From NCBI GenBank assembly GCA_903922605.1, contig CAIXUG010000072.1, positions 73,432-137,431 on the forward strand: a stretch of 64,000 bases of DNA, in the 5' to 3' direction. This DNA comes from an uncultured Verrucomicrobiota bacterium (lineage in GTDB: Bacteria; Verrucomicrobiota; Verrucomicrobiia; Limisphaerales; UBA9464). The notes beneath the pieces are model-generated. The model saw nothing but the letters and a program-made list of their open reading frames with translations. It had not been told where the DNA came from and searched no databases. Position numbers and translations under genes: made by a program. Position 1 is the stretch's first letter. Each line of letters begins with the position of its first letter. Shown here one piece after another: positions 11,401-19,437 of this stretch.

Positions 11401-11865
11401 GTTCGCCAGCCGCGAGGCGAGCTGGAGTCGCTTGCGGGCATCGCCCTCGGCCAGGTAGCGGCGAGGGCTCGCGAAGATTTCACTGTCGGGTAACTGGCCG
11501 AGCAGACGGAACAGCCGCCATTGCAGCACTTCGCGGCTGAAGGAGGAGTCTTCCGGCTTTTCGGGCAGCAGTTCGTGAAACAGCCGGTCGGCAAAGGCGC
11601 GGGGGAAGGGGAACTCCACGTGCGCGCAGACGCCGAGCCGGCGGGCCAGCTCCTGCTTGAGCCACCGGGCCATGCCGAGACTCTGCACCACGACCGTCTC
11701 CGGCGTGAAGGGCGACGCCAAGGGCGGCCGGACCACGGCGGCCAGCTGGTCGGCCAGGCGGTCCAGGCGGTTGCTGGTGTGGAGGTGAAACGGCACGACG
11801 GCGTGAGCTTGGAAGAATAGCGCCGAAGGAACAACGGGCGGGTGCATCTTTTCACCGTGGTCCAC
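8434..11865 (-). CDS. recC: Exodeoxyribonuclease V gamma subunit RecC
   Basis: 1143 aa. N-terminus LHTSNRLDRLADQL...VVVQSLGMARWLKQELA is typical of RecC. There is a 4-nt overlap (8434-8437) with the recB start. Start is GTG 11865 or ATG 11847. Confidence 0.85.
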   Translation of the reverse strand: MDHGEKMHPPVVPSALFFQAHAVVPFHLHTSNRLDRLADQLAAVVRPPLASPFTPETVVVQSLGMARWLKQELARRLGVCAHVEFPFPRAFADRLFHELLPEKPEDSSFSREVLQWRLFRLLGQLPDSEIFASPRRYLAEGDARKRLQLASRLANLFDQYLVFRPDFIRAWDLGAPASLSSGQTLAHTAEGWQAELWRQLAAESATPHPAELHASFLKLLRSQGAHADDTTGASGIASPDFSALPSRLALFGMSALPPFYLELFAALADHTEVHCFVLQPCAEWWGDITTGRESERLLRHLGRRAGDAAEAHLEPGHRLLGSLGTLGRDFLRLIYEHADPLEADSFCAPDGTTLLQQLQRDLLELNDPATQGQEKRLVASGDDSLRVHVCHSPIRELEVLRDQMLDWFQRDPTLTPRDIVVMTPDLATYSPLVPAVFDPIEDEAQRIPYNLADRGPRQNGQIADTFLRLLQLASGRLGVTAVLDLLECPAVRARFHLAEADLSILRHWVIRTRIHWGRDAQHRDALGLPATDANTWRTGLRRLLLGYAMAGDGTELFAGTLPFPDIEGGAAELLGHFAEFAESLFGIVDTLEHEQSPTDWQRVLLHVVDRFFFNDPATADELAQLRRTLNELSQRMTAGGVAEPLELAVLLEPLAAALEDDTSGAGFLTGGVTFCALKPMRSIPFRIICLLGMNDGAFPRQPPHLSFDLMAAQPRLGDRSTRDDDRYLFLETLVSARDRLHLSHVGQSQRDNRPIPPSVVISELLDHLDASFTTGNELEKLSATSLVIKHRLHAFSPAYFQPESSSPLFSYSRENCAAARVGARRQGLAPFLAQPLDEPAPEYRQVTLRKLAEFLCHPAKFLLRERLGLQLPSATDTLDDEEPLELDAREAYSLKQDLVGWRLAGRDPARFDAVVAAENRLPHGQPGALAFNEVHATAERFHARLGDTILAAPVTVSLTLGEFRLSGPITPRPDGSLLHFRCAKLKAADRIKLWVEHLAWQQWHTENKIAPKSPAPPASLLVGEDKTLRYHPVATPGEMLTALLALYWRGLQESLPFFPRTALAFYEAERKMAGGKSRSNKSPLEQAMPSWFGSERPEIKGESDDAWFHLCFRHEADPLSEEFEQLARRVFGPMLDATEEDES
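11840..11859 (-). repeat. 19/20 copy of the CACGGTGAAAAGATGCGCCC motif, overlapping the recC start region
   Basis: The minus strand reads CACGGTGAAAAGATGCACCC. The embedded ATG (11847-11845) is in frame with recC. Confidence 0.6.
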
Positions 11866-12131
11866 CGCTGGTTTCGGAGCAAAGTCGGACTTGGCGAACC
11901 CGGGCCGTTCTCCCTCACCTTAATCCTCTCCCGCTGGGAGAGGAGACAGCCACGAATGTCGCTGGCTGATGGGAAGATTGTCCGGCCAATCCCGCGCGCG
12001 CCTTCGTCGAAAGACGGCCACCCGATTTCGCCCGTGCTCCCAATGATCGAGTCCAACCGGAGCGAAAAATGCGTCCACAACGGCCACCCGCTGCGAATTC
12101 ACTTCCGGCGCGGGGACACTTCCCGGTTTGA

Positions 12132-13445
12132 TTGCGCGCAGAACACCGGATGAAGGCCAAGCCCTCGCACCTCAAAGACCTCGACTACTCGGTCGTGCAG
12201 CAGTGCATGCACTGCGGCCTCTGCCTGCCGACGTGCCCGACCTATGACGCGACCAAGCTCGAGCGCAATTCCCCGCGCGGCCGCATCGCCCTGATGCGGG
12301 CCATCGCCGATGAGCGACTGGAGCCGACCAAGGCCTTTGCGGACGAGATGTATTTCTGCCTCGGCTGCCTGGCGTGCATGACCGCTTGTCCGGCGGGTGT
12401 GAACTACGCCGAACTGTTCGAGCACGCCCGGGCCGAGGCGGAGCAATCCGGTGTGCTGCGCTCGCCGAAGCGCTCGCTCATCCGCGCCTTCACGCTGCGC
12501 TGGCTGTTTGGCGACCTGAACCGCCTGCGGCTGCTGGGCTCCGCGATGCGCCTCTGGCAGCAGACCGGCGCGCAGACGCTGCTGCGGCAGAGCGGGGTGC
12601 TGCGGCTGTTGCCCCGACGGCTGCGTGAACTCGAAGCGATGACGCCGGTGGTGGAAGACGCCTTTTCTTCCGATCTGATCGAACCGGTCACGCCGGCCAC
12701 GGAGCGACGCCGCTTCCGCGTGGCGATGCTCACCGGCTGCGCGCAGGACCTGACCTTTGCCACCGTGAACCGTGACACGGCCGAGGTGCTGGCGCGCAAT
12801 GGCTGTGAGGTCATCACGCCGGCGGAGCAGAGCTGCTGCGGTTCGCTGCACGCGCACAACGGCGAATGGGAGCTGGCGCAGAACCTGGCGCGGCGAAACA
12901 TCGACCAGTTCCCGCCGGCGGAGTTCGACGCCATCATCACCAACGCGGGCGGCTGCGGCTCCCACCTGAAGCATTACGCGAAACTGCTGGCGGATGATCC
13001 GCGCTATCTCGCCAACGCCCACGCGTGGGACGCGAAGGTCAAAGACATCCACGAATGGCTGGCGCAGATTGGAATCGTGGCTCCGTCAGCCGCCCAACCG
13101 GAGCAGGTGGTCACGTATCACGAGAGCTGCCATCTGTGCCATGGACAGAAGATCACGGCGCAGCCGCGCCAGCTCTTGAAGGCGATTCCGAAGCTGAAGC
13201 TGGTGGAGCTGTTCGAGTCCAGCTGGTGCTGTGGAAGCGCTGGCATCTACAACCTCACGCAGCCGGCAATGGCGAACCAGCTCCTCGATCGGAAGATGGA
13301 CCACGTCATCGCCACGAAGGCGCAGGTCGTGGCGACCGGGAACCCGGGCTGCCTGCTCCAGCTCATCAATGGCTGCCAGGCGCGGGGAGTGAGCTTGCGG
13401 GTGGCGCATCCGATCACGCTGTTGGCCGAGGCGTATCGGCGCTAA
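12132..13445 (+). CDS. (Fe-S)-binding protein, GlcF-like (two 4Fe-4S ferredoxin motifs plus two CCG cysteine-rich domains)
   Basis: CMHCGLCLPTCPTY and CLGCLACMTACPAGV. CCG-type motifs CCGS...H and SWCCGSAG. 437 aa. Confidence 0.8.
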   Translation: MRAEHRMKAKPSHLKDLDYSVVQQCMHCGLCLPTCPTYDATKLERNSPRGRIALMRAIADERLEPTKAFADEMYFCLGCLACMTACPAGVNYAELFEHARAEAEQSGVLRSPKRSLIRAFTLRWLFGDLNRLRLLGSAMRLWQQTGAQTLLRQSGVLRLLPRRLRELEAMTPVVEDAFSSDLIEPVTPATERRRFRVAMLTGCAQDLTFATVNRDTAEVLARNGCEVITPAEQSCCGSLHAHNGEWELAQNLARRNIDQFPPAEFDAIITNAGGCGSHLKHYAKLLADDPRYLANAHAWDAKVKDIHEWLAQIGIVAPSAAQPEQVVTYHESCHLCHGQKITAQPRQLLKAIPKLKLVELFESSWCCGSAGIYNLTQPAMANQLLDRKMDHVIATKAQVVATGNPGCLLQLINGCQARGVSLRVAHPITLLAEAYRR

Positions 13446-13448
13446 TTC

Positions 13449-13515
13449 GGGGCGCGGACGTTCACGTCCGCGTGGTCGGGTTAGGTGCTTACGCGGACGT
13501 GACCGTCCGCGCCCC
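13449..13515. terminator. Long nested palindrome between convergent genes (candidate bidirectional terminator / REP-like element)
   Basis: 12-bp outer stem GGGGCGCGGACG/CGTCCGCGCCCC, 10-bp inner stem CACGTCCGCG/CGCGGACGTG, and a 19-nt apical loop. Confidence 0.5.
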
Positions 13516-13524
13516 GATGTTCGC

Positions 13525-14010
13525 TTAGTCGCGGAAGTTCACGAAATTCACGGCGATGGGGAAGTCGTGGCCGCGCACGGCGGCGATGGCAGCCTGAAGA
13601 TCGTCACGGTTCTTGCCGGTCACGCGCACTTCGTCGCCCTGGATGGCGGCGGTGACCTTGAGCTTCGTGTCGCGCACAAACTGGCTGATCAGCTTTGCGG
13701 TCGGGCCGTCGATCCCTTGCTTGATCTTGATAAGCTGGCGGGCGTGGCCCAGCGGGGAGATTTCGGCCTCACCGCGATCAATGCTCTTCATGCTGATGCC
13801 GCGTTTGGCCAGCTTGCCGATCACGATTTCCTCCAGCGCCTTGATCTTGAATTTGTCTGTGGCCTTGAGCTTGATCTCGTGCTTTTCCAGCACGATCTCG
13901 GCACCGCTGCCCTTGAAGTCAAAGCGGGTCGCCAGTTCCTTCTGGGCCTGGTTGATCGCGTTCTCAACTTCCATGGAGTTGACCTGGGAGACGATGTCGA
14001 AACTTGGCAT
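13525..14010 (-). CDS. yajQ: YajQ-family (UPF0234) nucleotide / c-di-GMP-binding protein
   Basis: 161 aa. MPSFDIVSQVNSMEVENAINQAQKELATRFDFKGS is the characteristic YajQ N-terminus. Confidence 0.9.
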   Translation of the reverse strand: MPSFDIVSQVNSMEVENAINQAQKELATRFDFKGSGAEIVLEKHEIKLKATDKFKIKALEEIVIGKLAKRGISMKSIDRGEAEISPLGHARQLIKIKQGIDGPTAKLISQFVRDTKLKVTAAIQGDEVRVTGKNRDDLQAAIAAVRGHDFPIAVNFVNFRD

Positions 14011-14072
14011 GGGGGGAGATTGGCCGGAAAAGATGGAATTGGGAAGCCCCGGTGGTGTTCCGGCGTGGTTTC

Positions 14073-14132
14073 AATCCTGCTCTTGCTCTTGATCGCAGCG
14101 AAGTGATTACGATTACGAGTAAGATCAGGATT
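14073..14132. repeat. Hexamer-periodic palindromic element, copy A
   Basis: Left arm AATCCTGCTCTTGCTCTTGATC pairs 18/22 with the reverse complement of right arm GATTACGATTACGAGTAAGATCAGGATT. Both arms have 6-nt periodicity. Confidence 0.55.
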
Positions 14133-14144
14133 AAGAAGAAGATG

Positions 14145-14768
14145 TCAGCGGTTCATGAAGAACACGGCGCTGCCGAATTCTTGGCGGAGCAGGTCGCCCT
14201 TGGCATCGGCGGCGAACAGTTCGGCTCCCGTTTCGCGGGTGCTGAGCACCACGATTTCCAGCCGGTCGGGAGTCAGTCGGACCTCCACGTGATCCACCCG
14301 CTGGATGTGGCGACGGTCCAGCGCATCCCCCACCCGCAGGCAGGCGGCGAGAATGCGCACACGCCGCTGCTGCACCGGTGAAAGGGCCGAGTAGGCATCG
14401 TGTTCCGGCGAGGGGACGGCCTTGCGATGATAACGGGCCACCAAGGCCACGAGTTCGACCTCCTCGGGCGTCAGTGCGGTCCAGGGAAACTCGCGGATCA
14501 GCCGGGCTGATTCCTTGTGATGCCCCTTGCCATCGGGCTGCGTGACTGACCAGCCGATGTCGTGGAGGCAGGCGGCGGCATCCAGCAGTTGGCGGTCGCG
14601 GGCGCCGAGCTGATGCCATGCGGCCAGTCCGTCGAAGAGCTGGACCGCCAGCCGGGTGACCTGCAGCACGTGTTCCGGCTCGGACTCAAAGCGCTGCATG
14701 AGCACGCCAATCTCATTCCGGAGGGTTTCCGGATTGGCATTGGGAGTGGTGGCGGAAGGGGTATCCAC
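14145..14768 (-). CDS. HD-domain protein equivalent to the C-terminal domain of long Ppx/GppA enzymes
   Basis: LHDIGWSV...KGHHKESARLI HD signature. GTG start. It is in the same frame as the upstream Ppx/GppA ORF, separated only by TGA plus 13 sense codons. Confidence 0.7.
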   Translation of the reverse strand: MDTPSATTPNANPETLRNEIGVLMQRFESEPEHVLQVTRLAVQLFDGLAAWHQLGARDRQLLDAAACLHDIGWSVTQPDGKGHHKESARLIREFPWTALTPEEVELVALVARYHRKAVPSPEHDAYSALSPVQQRRVRILAACLRVGDALDRRHIQRVDHVEVRLTPDRLEIVVLSTRETGAELFAADAKGDLLRQEFGSAVFFMNR

Positions 14769-14807
14769 GAGATCAGGGCAATGTATTGCAGGCAGGGTGA
14801 TAGCGGC

Positions 14808-15749
14808 TCATTTGATCGTGGGCACGCCCAGTACCGCCGCGAACCGCAGGCCCCGGGTGCTGATGCCGAGCTCCGGCAGGGCGAAGACCTCGAGCACGGC
14901 CTCGTAGATGGCGGCCCCGGTGAGGATGACGTCGGCGCGCTCCGGCGGCAGGCCGGGCAACTGGCGGCGTTCCGCCAACGGCAGTGACCATAGCCGGGTG
15001 ACCAACGCCGACAGCATGGCCTGGTCAAAATGAGTTGCTTCCACCAGTTCGCGGCAGAAGTCACGGCAGCCATGGTGAATCAGCGCCAGCAGGGCGGTGC
15101 TGCCACCGACACCAAGGGTGCGTTCGGGCCGACCCTGGGCTGCAAACGCCGGGGCGAGCCGGGGTGCCACTTCGCGCTGAAGAAAGTCGCGCAGATAGGA
15201 TCGGCAGGTGGCCAAGGCTTCGGGTGAGGGTGCATCACCGGGATTGAGCCGCTCCAGCGCACGCACACTGCCGAGGGGGAAACTTTCGCGGAAACCAACA
15301 TGGCGATCCGCCCCCAGGATGAACTCCGTGCTGCCGCCGCCGACATCAAGCACCAGCAGCCGTTGCCCGGCGAGATCGGGTGCGGAAGCGACACCGGCAA
15401 AAGCCCATTCGGCCTCGGTTTCCCCCGAGATCACCTCGGTGGTCAGGCCGGAGGCGGAGAAAATCGCGGAGAGCAGTTCGTCCCGATTGGTGGCATCGCG
15501 GGCGGCGCTGGTGGCGATGACGCGGACGGATTCCGCGCCCCGGTCGCGGGCTTCGGCGGCAAAACGGGCGACGGCGACGCCGGTGGCGGCGATGGGCTCG
15601 GGCTGCAGCCGGTGCGTTTCGTAGAAGCCACGGCCCAGCCGCGTCTGCTCGCTGGTTTCCCACAGCGGCGTGACGCTGCCATCGGCCACATCGGCCACCA
15701 GCACCTTGACCGAGTTGGTTCCTATGTCGATGACCGCGCGACGTGACAT
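14808..15749 (-). CDS. ppx: Ppx/GppA-family phosphatase, N-terminal ASKHA (actin-like ATPase) domains
   Basis: MSRRAVIDIGTNSVKVLVADV, LVLDVGGGSTEF, and IATSAARDATN. I prefer the start at ATG 15749; the ORF track extends to 15821. Confidence 0.8.
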   Translation of the reverse strand: MSRRAVIDIGTNSVKVLVADVADGSVTPLWETSEQTRLGRGFYETHRLQPEPIAATGVAVARFAAEARDRGAESVRVIATSAARDATNRDELLSAIFSASGLTTEVISGETEAEWAFAGVASAPDLAGQRLLVLDVGGGSTEFILGADRHVGFRESFPLGSVRALERLNPGDAPSPEALATCRSYLRDFLQREVAPRLAPAFAAQGRPERTLGVGGSTALLALIHHGCRDFCRELVEATHFDQAMLSALVTRLWSLPLAERRQLPGLPPERADVILTGAAIYEAVLEVFALPELGISTRGLRFAAVLGVPTIK

Positions 15750-15798
15750 GGGCGCGGATTGGACGGGGGAAAACGCCGCCCGGCAAGCCGGCAGCTGA

Positions 15799-18700
15799 TC
15801 ATTGGCGTACGGCGCGTACAAACTGCCCGCCCGTGCCCGGGGTAAACTGCAGCTGGAACGTGGAGGGTCCGGTGTTCGTGCTCACTGCGGTCCAGTGAAC
15901 CAGGTCGGTTGAAACTTGCAGGGCGTAGCTCACATCGGCGGGAACTGCGAGTTTGAGCTGCAGGCCATTCGGTGCGGTTTCGATGCCGCCAATGGCGAAG
16001 ACCGGCGGGGGCGGATCGGCACGATTGGGCGAGCCGCCCACCAGGGAACTGGCCCGCCAATGCAGGGCATCGTTCAGATCGGCCGGGCCGTTGTCGGCGG
16101 GCACGAGCGAGTAACCTGTTCCATCCGCTTCGGCCGGCCAGGGGGCCAGGTTTGAATAGGTGAACGAGAACAGGACCGTGCCGCCGGCACTGGTCTTCAA
16201 GGTCACGGTCTCGCCGCTGTTGTCGAGCGAGCCGTTGTAAGGGCCGAAGAGCGGCAGGCTCTCGGGCAGGCTGTAATAGGTTCGAAAGGCGGGAAAGTCT
16301 GCGGTCTTCAGCACGAGTGCGTAGTTGCCGGGCTGGAGCAGGGAGTTCGTCGGAAAGGTGTAATCCACGCCCGCCGTGAACTTCGCACCGGAGAGGTCCA
16401 GGGCGTTGACACTGCTGGCGTTGAACAGTTCGATGAATTCGAAGCCCTCCGCCGGCGGATTGTACATCAGCTCGGTGAAACGCAGGCTTTCCACGAGACC
16501 GGCGGCGATGTCCGACTCGCCTGCGGTGAACTCGACCGGGAGCGACCAGTTGCTGGCGCGACCCACTGTATCGGTGTAACGGACCCGCGCCCGATACAGC
16601 TTGCCGGGCCGGAGGGCGGCCGCCGGGAAGGTGAGATCGGTGACGGCGCTGGTCAGTTCGGCGGTTTCCCAGGTGGACTGGGCCTCAAACCGCATGGCTT
16701 CACCCGGGTTGAACGAAGGATGATCCGGGCGGCTGATTTCGGCGATGCGCCACTTCATCGACGCGAAGCCGGCCGCCCCGGCATAGTCGCTCGCATGGAA
16801 ATTCAGACGGTTGATCGGGTAGGGTGCCGGCCCTGTGTAAGTGAGCGTGGGGGTCGTGGGGCGGTCAGGCTCCTTGGCCATGTTGTCCAGGATGGCCGCC
16901 CGCTTGGTCAGGTAGTTCTTCATGAGCTGCACGGCTCCCGAGAAATTCTTGGCCACGGTCGGCTCCTGCGGAAACTTGTAGAACAGTCCCCAGCCCGCCT
17001 TGTAAGTGAGCACGATCGCGGGATTCGTCATGATGGGATTGTAGTCCCACTGGGCGCGGTCGGCGTCGATGATCGAAAGGGTGTTGGTGCCACGGATGAG
17101 GCGGGCCTGCTCGTCAATGACCGCACCGCCCTGGTCGGCGTTGAGGAGCAGGTCGCGCAGCTCGCGGACGCGGTTGCGGAATTCGCGGGAGATGTTCGGG
17201 TAGGTCGGCGCGGTGAGGCTGAAGTTGGCCAGCACCCGTGATTTGAAGGGCTCGTCACCGCCGCTGGTGCCGGCGCGGTACATGTTGTCCGCCCAGGTCA
17301 GATCCAGATCCCACGGCTGCTCTTCCCAGAGTCCCGACACCGAATTCCGGTAGTAGAAGTAGTTTTTGCCGTCGGCGATGTCGTAGTGATGGATCCCCTG
17401 CACCACGGTCTGATAGCCGAAATAGCTGGCGAGATTGAGGTTGGTGCGCCACCAGGTCTCGGGGGGCGAGGTGTTGTTGTAGGTGTTCAGAAACGTGTAC
17501 AGATCGGAATAATCCACGGGCCCCAGCTTCCCTACGTGGTTGATGACGCCGCCGCCGTTGGCCATTTTGTAGATGTTGCCGTCGGCCAGACCGCGATCCT
17601 TCAGGAACTGCCCATCCTGCTCTTCCACTCCCAGATAGAGGCCCCAGAAGTCGCTGCCGTACTGGTCTCCCTGCTTGTCCTCCGCCGGTTTGTCCACGAT
17701 CCGGAACTGCATGTGGGCATTGTGGTTGGCATCCACCCCGGCGAGCTGGAACAGCCTGTAGGCGACGCTCTCGAACAGGCCCTGTTCACCCCGGTGGTCG
17801 GAGTCGGCCTGCTGGATGTCGGGACGCAGACTCAGCTTGTCCCAGGTCGCGTTGAAGGGATTGCCGAAGTTATCCTTCATGTTCAGGTTGCGTCCCCGGT
17901 TGAAGTCGAACTTCCAGGCGTTTTTGCCCATCGAGTAGCGCCAGACCCCGCCGCGCGCCCGGTAACGGATGTGGTCATATACCACGCCGTCGTAAACGAG
18001 CGCCCCTTTCCAGAGGTAGGTGCTGCCGCGGTATTGGTTGTTGGGCTGGCCCGGCGCCCAGCCGGTGGCCACGGCGACGGAATTGCTCTTGGAAATGAGC
18101 AGAAACACCGGCAGCCGGTTCATTTCCTCATGGCTGACGGCAAACTGCTGCCCCAACGCGCCGGTCGCGCCCGGATGGATGGCCCCGTCCCATTCATGCA
18201 CCCCATTATAGCAGAAAAAGGCGAAATTCGGCGTCGGATCATCGGCGTAGGGGGTCGTCACCTCCGCCCCCAGCGTGTCGCGGGCAATCACCCGGTAGCG
18301 GATGAGATTGCGGTGCCGGGACAGGGAGGTCGGCAGGGTCACACTGAACACGTTGGTATCGTCCAACGTGGGCGTCATGCTCAGGCGGGTCCAGTTGGTG
18401 GTGTATTCCGGATCGGTCAGCTCGATATAGTTTCCCGGAGTGACCACCTGATAGTCGAGCGCCACGGCGGCGACACCGTCCGGGTCGGTGACGCGGGCCG
18501 AAACGGTGACCGCGATTCCGGCCGTCGGCTGGGTGGGGGAATGGCCGACCTGACGTACGCTCGGGGGAGCGTTGAGGGCAAAAGCCCGGTTACGCTGGCC
18601 GGGTGTGGGACCGACCTCTGGCGGGGTGCTGCCGCTGGCCGAGGGACGCCAGTTCCCGCCCAACGAGTTGTCCAAGTCCGGATTGATCAGCTCAATGGAG

Positions 18701-19125
18701 AGTCCGGGAGGGGTGCCCACGAGGGGCCAGGGGAAACCGAGCTGGTAATCCACCTCGTTTACCTTGTTCCCGCTCGCGTCCTTCAGGGTCAGGTTCTCGC
18801 CATCACCGTTGAGTGAACCTTCCCAGGGCCCCAAGGCGCCGCTGGAGCCGAATTTCGTCTTGAGGGCCGCCGGATCCTCCGCCAGCACGAGATAGCTGCC
18901 GACGGCCATGACTGTGTTCGTCGGGATGGTAAACTTGACGCCGCCACCGAGCTTCCAGTTGCTGAGATCCACCGCATTGGTGCCCCGGTTGTAGAGCTCG
19001 ACAAACTCCACCCGCTCCTGCTTGGGGTCGGGGGAATGGTGGATCTCGTTGATCACCACCGGGCCGTCAGCTGCCATGGCGGTGGCGCAGAGGATTGGCA
19101 GCAGGGCGCAGGCGGTGAACTTCAT
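15799..19125 (-). CDS. Secreted CotH-kinase-family protein flanked by two lamin-tail (LTD) domains
   Basis: Signal peptide MKFTACALLPILCATAMA. LTD motifs VINEIHHSP...VEFVELYNRG and RFTELMYNPP...FEFIELFNAS. Central CotH-like region YRARGGVWRYSMGKNAWKFDFNRG. Confidence 0.8.
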   Translation of the reverse strand: MKFTACALLPILCATAMAADGPVVINEIHHSPDPKQERVEFVELYNRGTNAVDLSNWKLGGGVKFTIPTNTVMAVGSYLVLAEDPAALKTKFGSSGALGPWEGSLNGDGENLTLKDASGNKVNEVDYQLGFPWPLVGTPPGLSIELINPDLDNSLGGNWRPSASGSTPPEVGPTPGQRNRAFALNAPPSVRQVGHSPTQPTAGIAVTVSARVTDPDGVAAVALDYQVVTPGNYIELTDPEYTTNWTRLSMTPTLDDTNVFSVTLPTSLSRHRNLIRYRVIARDTLGAEVTTPYADDPTPNFAFFCYNGVHEWDGAIHPGATGALGQQFAVSHEEMNRLPVFLLISKSNSVAVATGWAPGQPNNQYRGSTYLWKGALVYDGVVYDHIRYRARGGVWRYSMGKNAWKFDFNRGRNLNMKDNFGNPFNATWDKLSLRPDIQQADSDHRGEQGLFESVAYRLFQLAGVDANHNAHMQFRIVDKPAEDKQGDQYGSDFWGLYLGVEEQDGQFLKDRGLADGNIYKMANGGGVINHVGKLGPVDYSDLYTFLNTYNNTSPPETWWRTNLNLASYFGYQTVVQGIHHYDIADGKNYFYYRNSVSGLWEEQPWDLDLTWADNMYRAGTSGGDEPFKSRVLANFSLTAPTYPNISREFRNRVRELRDLLLNADQGGAVIDEQARLIRGTNTLSIIDADRAQWDYNPIMTNPAIVLTYKAGWGLFYKFPQEPTVAKNFSGAVQLMKNYLTKRAAILDNMAKEPDRPTTPTLTYTGPAPYPINRLNFHASDYAGAAGFASMKWRIAEISRPDHPSFNPGEAMRFEAQSTWETAELTSAVTDLTFPAAALRPGKLYRARVRYTDTVGRASNWSLPVEFTAGESDIAAGLVESLRFTELMYNPPAEGFEFIELFNASSVNALDLSGAKFTAGVDYTFPTNSLLQPGNYALVLKTADFPAFRTYYSLPESLPLFGPYNGSLDNSGETVTLKTSAGGTVLFSFTYSNLAPWPAEADGTGYSLVPADNGPADLNDALHWRASSLVGGSPNRADPPPPVFAIGGIETAPNGLQLKLAVPADVSYALQVSTDLVHWTAVSTNTGPSTFQLQFTPGTGGQFVRAVRQ

Positions 19126-19397
19126 GGATTTCTGCAACGTTGCTGAACCGTAACAACCCCGCAAGTGCGGCTTGGGAATCAGAAGGGCTCAAACGCCGCC
19201 CGGCCGAATGGGACAGAGCTCCAAGCGAACCGTGCCCATCCGGTTTGTTGCCAAAGGAGCGCCGAGCACCCGCTTGGCCCGTTGGAAGCCCCGAGCGTTC
19301 AGGCCGAGCAGGGGCTCGGCGCTCCGCGATCGACTGGTTTTGTCAACAAACAGGATAGGCATGAAGCGAACACCGGAGCTGGCTTGCGGCCGAGGGT

Positions 19398-19422
19398 GGG
19401 TGTGGCTCCACTGGCCACACCC
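19398..19422. terminator. Hairpin downstream of the HTH-protein gene
   Basis: Perfect 9-bp stem GGGTGTGGC/GCCACACCC with a 7-nt loop. There is no clear U-tract. Confidence 0.35.
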
Positions 19423-19437
19423 ATTTGACCGGCGGAT

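Noticed and set aside
2770-11865. Considered whether the recCBD operon is part of a defence island or unusual.
   Set aside because: It is a standard housekeeping recC-recB-recD arrangement with a coupled recC/recB overlap. No adjacent accessory genes suggest anything beyond normal recombination/repair.
17386-18816. 476-aa plus-strand ORF inside the CotH/LTD gene.
   Set aside because: It is an antisense artefact of the high-GC CotH gene. It has no motifs and is rich in G/V/R/A.
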